From a virus (Duplodnaviria; Caudoviricetes): a DNA stretch of 64,000 nucleotides. The notes below the pieces were generated by a model. It ran no database searches, had not been told where the DNA came from, and saw only the letters and a program-made list of their open reading frames with translations. The position numbers and the translations under genes are program-made. Position 1 is the stretch's first letter. Each line of letters begins with the position of its first letter. The stretch covers positions 11,879 through 75,878 of the IMG/VR virus record IMGVR_UViG_3300013901_000015, one strand, 5' to 3'. Below, one piece after another: positions 57,997 through 64,000 of the stretch.

Positions 57997-58407
57997 TTAC
58001 TCGTTGTAGTCTGGGAAGATGATTCCCGACTTTGAAGCTAGGTTCATCGCCTTGGCAAGCGTTCTGTAATCCTTACCGAAACGCTCGTTGATGTAAGCAA
58101 TGACATCAGCGGCGGTACGGATATTCTTTACCTCCTCGGTTGTCTCCTGCTTCTTCTCGGTCGGCGTATCATCCACTACATCAGATGGCTCGGCTGTAGA
58201 ACGAACCAATGATACCTTTCCTTTCTTGAAAATTTCGTGCCCCTCCAACAAGTCTTGGGCATATCGGTTGCGAAGTGTGACTTCTGGATATTTGTTGCCA
58301 GCAATGTTGCCATGCGTGAAGTCGAAGCGCATTGTGTTGCCACCAAGTCCTGTAAGAATATGGCTCACGCTGTTGCAAAGTTCATTATATCTGTATGTCT
58401 TAATCAT
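57997..58407 (-). CDS. hypothetical virion-morphogenesis protein
   Basis: 136 aa directly after the capsid gene. Confidence 0.55.
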   Translation of the reverse strand: MIKTYRYNELCNSVSHILTGLGGNTMRFDFTHGNIAGNKYPEVTLRNRYAQDLLEGHEIFKKGKVSLVRSTAEPSDVVDDTPTEKKQETTEEVKNIRTAADVIAYINERFGKDYRTLAKAMNLASKSGIIFPDYNE

Positions 58408-58497
58408 TTTCTTCTTTGTTTTATCACAAAGGGGACAGGGCTTTCACTCCTGCCCCCTTGCTTGATTTTTTATATTGATGAAGTATGAAAAGAAGCC

Positions 58498-60186
58498 TTA
58501 CGCTGCAACATCCATACCTGAGTAGAGTTCCCACTTGGTGCCGTTGTAAACGTAAACCTTTCCCTTCTCGTACTTAACAGAATCGCTGTCTGTATAGTCG
58601 GCTGTCAAGGCGAACTTAGCACCTTTGGCTGCTACCTTAGGAAGTTCTGCCACAGATACAATGGTGTTTACAATGCCATTCACGCCAAGATTGGTGATAA
58701 AGGCAGTAGGACCCACCAAGATAGAGTTGAAGCCACGGAGAGCGATGCAATCTGCCTCAATGTGCATGTATCGCTTAGCCTCTCTTGGGTCGTGTCCATC
58801 CTTGCTCATGTCGTTGGTCTTATCCTTGCCCTTCTCCTTCACATAGTGACGAGCCCCCTTGAAGTCGGCACCAACCATGCAGTCCTCCATATTCATAAAG
58901 TCGAGCGTCTGATCCCAAACGAAATCAATAGTTCCGTAGTTGTCTTTGTAACGTGAGAATGTGATGTTGATTTCCTCATGGGTGGTAAGTACCTCTGTGC
59001 GACCCTCTGGAATCTTGATGTTCATGAGTCGCTTGATGGCGTTCTTGCCACAGAACATAAAGATGTGGTCGCTCTCGGCGAAGTCAGTGAACATCATCAT
59101 GCTGATAGCGGTCAAGTCCTCGTAGTTATAAACATTGCCAATACCGTACTGGGTAGTAACCTGATTCAATACACCTTCAGCGAAATAAGTGTACTCGGCA
59201 GCACCATCCTCAGTAAGGGAATGAATACGGCGCTGCTTACCCATCCAATATGAACGCTCTGCACGCAAGAGGAATTTGTCGAGACCATCCTCCTTCATAT
59301 CGGAAACGCTGTGTGGAATTTTTTTCTCGACCTTCTCGAACTCATCTGTGAAGACGATGGAGAATGCTTTCTTCTGGAGATAAACCTCTTTAGAACGTGG
59401 CTGATAGTTCTCGGTAGGCACCTTCATCTGGCTCTCAGACAGAGCGGTTGCTCCACAAAGGAGTCGTGTACCTACAGGAATCCTAGGACAGGTCATGTTC
59501 TCCAAGTACTCGGTATCTTCGCCCTCGGAAACAGCTGGTCCATTGACAGCCTGCAATGTAATCTCTGTTCGAGTCTCGTTGGTGCCTGTAACCAAAAGCA
59601 TCAAACGACCTTCTGTCTTTGTCTGTGAGTTCTCTGCATAACCTGCGATGTCTGGCGCAAAGACGGTAGAGCCTTTGTAGAATGGTTTCAGCGAACCAGA
59701 GAAGTTGGAACGAGTCAGCTTGATAGTAGCACCTGCTGCAATCTCTGCTGTAACCTCGCCGTCAAGGGTCTCTCCACCATAACGTGCGTGCTTCTTCTTG
59801 TAGCCCTTGCACTGAACGGTCTTGGTGAACTTGCGGACGATGGAAAGCATAGGGTTTCGATAAGGGTGATACTTAATGACCTCAGTATCCCAATCTTCCT
59901 CTTCCAAGCCACCTTTATCAATTTGGGTTGCAGACCCCTGTGTGCCGGTCAAATCAATACCTGCGTTACCTCCACCAGGGGCTAGCAAGTCTTCGGTCGT
60001 TTTATCTACATTTTCTGCTCCTGCTACCTCCTCCTTTGATGCAGGTCGGGAACCAGGCTCATTCAAATCAGGCTCGACTTTATCAGCCACAGCCATCAAG
60101 CCACCGCCAGTGACAACAGCAAGAAGCATCAGAATCATCTTACAGATGAACTGACCACTAGAAAAATAATTAATTACTTTCTTCAT
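58498..60186 (-). CDS. major capsid protein (HK97-like) with hydrophobic N-terminal leader
   Basis: Follows the scaffold gene; RNPMLSIVR, VYLQKKAFSIVFT, AERSYWMG and YFAEGVLNQ are consistent with an HK97 fold. Confidence 0.7.
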   Translation of the reverse strand: MKKVINYFSSGQFICKMILMLLAVVTGGGLMAVADKVEPDLNEPGSRPASKEEVAGAENVDKTTEDLLAPGGGNAGIDLTGTQGSATQIDKGGLEEEDWDTEVIKYHPYRNPMLSIVRKFTKTVQCKGYKKKHARYGGETLDGEVTAEIAAGATIKLTRSNFSGSLKPFYKGSTVFAPDIAGYAENSQTKTEGRLMLLVTGTNETRTEITLQAVNGPAVSEGEDTEYLENMTCPRIPVGTRLLCGATALSESQMKVPTENYQPRSKEVYLQKKAFSIVFTDEFEKVEKKIPHSVSDMKEDGLDKFLLRAERSYWMGKQRRIHSLTEDGAAEYTYFAEGVLNQVTTQYGIGNVYNYEDLTAISMMMFTDFAESDHIFMFCGKNAIKRLMNIKIPEGRTEVLTTHEEINITFSRYKDNYGTIDFVWDQTLDFMNMEDCMVGADFKGARHYVKEKGKDKTNDMSKDGHDPREAKRYMHIEADCIALRGFNSILVGPTAFITNLGVNGIVNTIVSVAELPKVAAKGAKFALTADYTDSDSVKYEKGKVYVYNGTKWELYSGMDVAA

Positions 60187-60216
60187 CTTTTACTTATATT
60201 TATGGATTAATATTGC

Positions 60217-61008
60217 TTAATAGGTAAGACCCTCGAAGAAACCGTTCTTCTTCTGAGATTTTTTCTTGGCTGGTTTGTTCCCTGCGCCAGAGCTAGATAG
60301 TGAAGGAGGAATGCCCTCGGAAGCGGACGAGCGAACCTTATTCTGAATCTTCTCGTTTCGGGCTTGCATGGCAGCCTCGTCTCGGGCGGAAGAAATGTCG
60401 GAATCGTAGTTGTTGGCATTGTGGAGCATCTTCCAAACATCATCTGGAATGTCGCCACTCTCCACTTGGTCGTGGATTTCATAAATCTGACTCCACATAT
60501 CCTGTGCCTCGTCTGGATAAAGCTTGATGAGCCGCTGCAAGGACTTCTTCATGTTCTCGCCCACTCGCTCGGAAGCCTCGTTCTGCTCAGTTACAGCCTC
60601 GTTGTGCTTGGTGAGAATGTCGGCGAGTTTCTTGCCACCCTCTGGATCATCGAGCAACGTACGAATGTCAATGCCCAAGCGAGCCATGGCATCAAAAGGA
60701 TTATCCTCAGGATTCTTTTCCATATCCATGGCGAGAGCTGCCAACCACTTGTGCTTATCGAACACCTTGGAAAGCGCCTGACCGCTCTCCTCATAGCGAG
60801 AAAGAAGGTCGGCATCATCGTTCATTGCACCATAGCGTGCTTCCTTATCCTCGAAGTCAACATCTGAGTGTCGCTTGGCGAAACGCTTGGAGAACGCCGT
60901 GCGGTTAGGTCGCTCATCTGCTGGAGGTGTAGCCTCGGAAGACTGAGCAGGTACAGCTGCCTCGGCTGTACCATCTGCATTCTGTTTTGCTTTTTCTTCT
61001 TCTGTCAT
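60217..61008 (-). CDS. capsid scaffolding protein
   Basis: Acidic, helical, low-complexity termini; immediately upstream of the capsid gene. Confidence 0.65.
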   Translation of the reverse strand: MTEEEKAKQNADGTAEAAVPAQSSEATPPADERPNRTAFSKRFAKRHSDVDFEDKEARYGAMNDDADLLSRYEESGQALSKVFDKHKWLAALAMDMEKNPEDNPFDAMARLGIDIRTLLDDPEGGKKLADILTKHNEAVTEQNEASERVGENMKKSLQRLIKLYPDEAQDMWSQIYEIHDQVESGDIPDDVWKMLHNANNYDSDISSARDEAAMQARNEKIQNKVRSSASEGIPPSLSSSGAGNKPAKKKSQKKNGFFEGLTY

Positions 61009-61061
61009 TTTTTTTGAATCAATTATCTACTATCGTAGAAATTAAACATTTAAATTTGCCG

Positions 61062-61104
61062 CAAAGATGCAAAGAAATGAAAGGCATTTTACCGATACCA
61101 CGAT
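61062..61104 (-). promoter_or_regulatory. putative late promoter, copy 2
   Basis: Minus strand ATCGTGGTATCG-N23-CATCTTTG upstream of scaffold/capsid. Confidence 0.65.
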
Positions 61105-61119
61105 TCGCAATTATGGGTA

Positions 61120-61162
61120 ATCGTGGTATCGACAAAGAAAGGTTCAAATTGGGGTATTTTTG
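61120..61162 (+). promoter_or_regulatory. putative late promoter, copy 3
   Basis: ATCGTGGTATCG-N23-TATTTTTG upstream of portal. Confidence 0.7.
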
Positions 61163-61192
61163 CGCAATATTATTAATAATGTGTAAGAATAT

Positions 61193-63211
61193 ATGGCAAA
61201 AGCAAGATTACTGACACTCAGCGAGGTGATGCCACAGCATAACAAATACGACTCGGTGAAAGCTCGCAAACGCCGACAAGAGCACGGCAAGGACTGGGAG
61301 CTTTTGACCCGATGCCGAAACTCTTGGAACAACCTCAGCGGTGTGCGTGAGACCAGAGCAAGAACCATGAGATACTGCAACGGCGACCAATGGAGCGACA
61401 CTATCAGAGTGTACCACAATGGCTACTGGGAGGAAATGAGCGAGCGCACCTATATGGAGAGGCGCAACCAGACACCGATGAGCAACAACATCATGGTTAG
61501 CATCTTGGAGTCAATAACAGGTCTCTATGCCAAGCAAGGCACGGAGCCTGTTTGCTTTGCGAGGGACAACGATTCCAGACAGCTGAGCGACATGATGAGC
61601 GCCACGATGCAATGCAACTGGCAGACCACAGGCATGCAGGACCTGCTGAACCACTTCGTGAAGGACTACCTGCAAGGCGGAATGATGGTGGCTAGGGAGA
61701 GCTGGGAAGACAGGGAACTGGAAATGCCCGACTCTTGGACGGACATGATGGAGCCAGACCATGTGTTTTTCGAGTGCGGAAGCGACCCAAGGCACAACGA
61801 CATCAGCTTGATAGGCTGCTTGCACGATGTGAGCCGAGAAGACTTATACCAGAAATTCGCCAAGCAGGAGTATGGCTTGACGGAAGACGACCTGAACGTT
61901 ATCTTCGACATTCATCAGGCAGAGGATTACGGCTACGGATATGAGTTTAACGAGGAAAAGGACTTGAACAACCTTAGCTTCGACTTCTCCAACAAGGGAA
62001 GACACTATTCGAGAGTGATTGAGGTTTGGACGGCTGAGACTAAGCCTAGGCTGCAATGCTTCGACCCTATTGCCACCAGTACAAACAATGCCTACTTCCG
62101 CATAGACCTCAGTGACACGGCGATGATAGCCAAGCTGAAAAGCGACAACGAGAAACGCAAGCAGCAGTATGACGAAATGGGCATACCCGAGAAAGAACGA
62201 GCCTACATCAAGTCGAAACCTATCGCCGACAAGTACTGGTACTATACCTTCATGGCGCCAGACGGAACCGTGCTCTGCCAAGGAGAAACACCCTATGACT
62301 ACAAGAGCCATCCTTTCACCATCAAGCTCTATCCATACATCAACGGCGAGATTCACCCATTCATGACGAACGTGATAGACCAGCAGCGATACATCAACCG
62401 ATTGATCGTGATGAACGACATGGCTATACGCAGCAGTTTCAAGGGATTCAAGATGATACCTACCACCGTGCTGAACGGCAAGAGCCCGCAAAAATTCATG
62501 GAGGAGGCAGTGGAATACGATGGATGGATATTCTACACGCCTAAGCGAACGATGCCGAACGTGAAGCCAGAGATTATCACTTCGAACGCCGTGAACATAG
62601 GCACAAACGAACTCCTACAGATAGAGTTGAACCTTATCAGGGAGGTGACGAACGTGAGCGGTGCCTTGCAGGGAAAGACCCCAAGCGCAGGAACTTCGGC
62701 GGCAAGATACGCACAAGAAAGTCAGAACGCAACCACCTCGCTCTTCACCATCCTCTCTGACATGGAGATATTCACAGAAAAACTGGCAATGAAGAAATGT
62801 TCCACCATTCAGCAATATTACGAGGACGGAAGAAAGATTTTCGACAAGGACGGTCTGAACATCTATAAGTACGACCGACTTTCTGCTAGGGATATTCACT
62901 TTAAGATTAGCATCAAGAACGCCGCTGCCACGGCTGCATACAACACGATGCAGAACGACGAGCTAAAGGAATTGCTCGGCATGGGTGCCATCAACCTTGT
63001 GCAGTACTTGCAGAACGTGAACGAGCCATACGCCGACAAGTTGCTGGCTAGCGTGCAGGAGCAGCAGGCTCAGCTGGAACAGATGTACGCACAGCAACAA
63101 CAGATGGCTATGCAGCAAGGCGGCGGACAGGTGGACGAGAACGGCATTGTGCAGGGCGCAGACCAGAACGCCGTAAACCAATTCTTCAATGGTTACAATC
63201 AAGTAGCATAA
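61193..63211 (+). CDS. portal protein (P22-like)
   Basis: RYCNGDQW, NNIMVSILESITG, HPF...IDQQRYINRLI and a Gln-rich C-terminal barrel-like tail. Confidence 0.8.
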   Translation: MAKARLLTLSEVMPQHNKYDSVKARKRRQEHGKDWELLTRCRNSWNNLSGVRETRARTMRYCNGDQWSDTIRVYHNGYWEEMSERTYMERRNQTPMSNNIMVSILESITGLYAKQGTEPVCFARDNDSRQLSDMMSATMQCNWQTTGMQDLLNHFVKDYLQGGMMVARESWEDRELEMPDSWTDMMEPDHVFFECGSDPRHNDISLIGCLHDVSREDLYQKFAKQEYGLTEDDLNVIFDIHQAEDYGYGYEFNEEKDLNNLSFDFSNKGRHYSRVIEVWTAETKPRLQCFDPIATSTNNAYFRIDLSDTAMIAKLKSDNEKRKQQYDEMGIPEKERAYIKSKPIADKYWYYTFMAPDGTVLCQGETPYDYKSHPFTIKLYPYINGEIHPFMTNVIDQQRYINRLIVMNDMAIRSSFKGFKMIPTTVLNGKSPQKFMEEAVEYDGWIFYTPKRTMPNVKPEIITSNAVNIGTNELLQIELNLIREVTNVSGALQGKTPSAGTSAARYAQESQNATTSLFTILSDMEIFTEKLAMKKCSTIQQYYEDGRKIFDKDGLNIYKYDRLSARDIHFKISIKNAAATAAYNTMQNDELKELLGMGAINLVQYLQNVNEPYADKLLASVQEQQAQLEQMYAQQQQMAMQQGGGQVDENGIVQGADQNAVNQFFNGYNQVA

Positions 63212-63214
63212 AGT

Positions 63215-63730
63215 ATGGCAGGAATCATTCAAACGATAACAGTAAATTACAGCGACCTCAAAGACGAGGTAAGAAGAAGCCTCTCTATTATCGGAAAGAG
63301 GACGGCAGACAAGCAGGGGAATATCTTGTTTGCAAGTGTAACCTTGACTACAGCCGAGGAAGACATCCTGAAGTCGTATCTAAAAGAAGCCATGGAGTCT
63401 TTCGTAAGCAACTTTTCCGACTTGGCAATTTGCTATATGGATAACGACTTCAATGTAAACATCGTGCTGACTCGCCGAAGGGCTAAGACTGGGCTTGTCG
63501 ATGCCATAGCTAGCAATTTCAAAAGCTATGCTTCTTCCTATGTTACCTATCAAGTAACCAGTGTAACTGCACCAGATATAGCCAAGAAATATGCAGAGAG
63601 TATGACCGATAAGCTGAATGAGGCTATCAAGCTGATTTATGCAGTAGAGCCACCTTCGCCTAGCGGCAAGACCTTGCTAGATATGACAGGGGAAGTGATA
63701 TTGGATAACAAACCAGTGGTATTAAAATAA
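63215..63730 (+). CDS. putative head-completion/adaptor protein
   Basis: 171-aa helical ORF directly after portal. Confidence 0.55.
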   Translation: MAGIIQTITVNYSDLKDEVRRSLSIIGKRTADKQGNILFASVTLTTAEEDILKSYLKEAMESFVSNFSDLAICYMDNDFNVNIVLTRRRAKTGLVDAIASNFKSYASSYVTYQVTSVTAPDIAKKYAESMTDKLNEAIKLIYAVEPPSPSGKTLLDMTGEVILDNKPVVLK

Positions 63731-63739
63731 GTAAAGACT

Positions 63740-64000
63740 ATGATTATAAAATTTCAAATCGTAAAGTCGGCAGTCCTCAACGAGGTCAAGAACGCCACCT
63801 TCTTGAAAGCAAAGGTGGACGGTGCGACCGATGACAAGGCTATCAAGCTAAGTTTTAACGAGGCAGCAGGTACGGAGGACGTGCATGAGCAGACCCTTAC
63901 GCATGACTTCCAGACTGCCCTAGAAATGGTGAAGACCATCCTCGCCGACTACATCGTATCGAACGAGCAGACCATGGGCGACAACATCATCTACTACGCT
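63740..64000 (+). CDS. partial CDS, possible paralogue of the preceding gene
   Basis: MIIKFQIVKSAVLNEVKNATFLKAKVD... open to the window edge. Confidence 0.55.
   Translation, partial: MIIKFQIVKSAVLNEVKNATFLKAKVDGATDDKAIKLSFNEAAGTEDVHEQTLTHDFQTALEMVKTILADYIVSNEQTMGDNIIYYA

Noticed and set aside
1-64000. CRISPR array, diversity-generating retroelement, retron or transposon
   Set aside because: No repeat-spacer array, reverse transcriptase (YxDD) or transposase motif was seen
1-64000. Stop-codon reassignment as in some gut phages
   Set aside because: Gene density is high under the standard code, an 18-kb ORF is open, and TAG ends credible genes (e.g. 3276-3278)

Overview
The window is a large part of a temperate tailed phage genome of a Bacteroidales host, Prevotella-like by promoter and gene style (inference). 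It is probably the excised/attP form, because a tRNA-3'-end-like att core next to the integrase has phage genes on both sides. Left to right: (1) a leftward early operon with replication-associated genes, NinB-like, MBL hydrolase, RecT, SbcC-like ATPase, dUTPase and NinG, preceded by a ~900 bp structured leader with two aberrant tRNA-like elements, a boxA-like site and three related hairpins; (2) a cro/cI switch, tyrosine integrase and attP; (3) a rightward cluster and a leftward array of small genes with three copies of a GC-rich three-way-junction element; (4) a late operon of putative ejection proteins ending in a 6126-aa polyvalent protein (DdrB-like ParB, four zincin motifs, N6-adenine MTase, Strawberry-notch/SF2 helicase), whose disordered linkers appear to hide +1-frame nested genes; (5) an ~8 kb accessory island with membrane morons, a six-gene operon of unknown function ending in a small HExxH peptidase, and a type II Zorya (zorABE) system; (6) fibre genes, one with a metallophosphoesterase, then head-completion, major capsid and scaffold genes, divergent from a P22-like portal operon. 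A 12-bp motif (ATCGTGGTATCG) sits exactly 23 nt before the -7 box of all three virion-operon promoters. No terminase or lysin gene was recognised in the window. All family assignments come from motifs read by eye, not from database searches.
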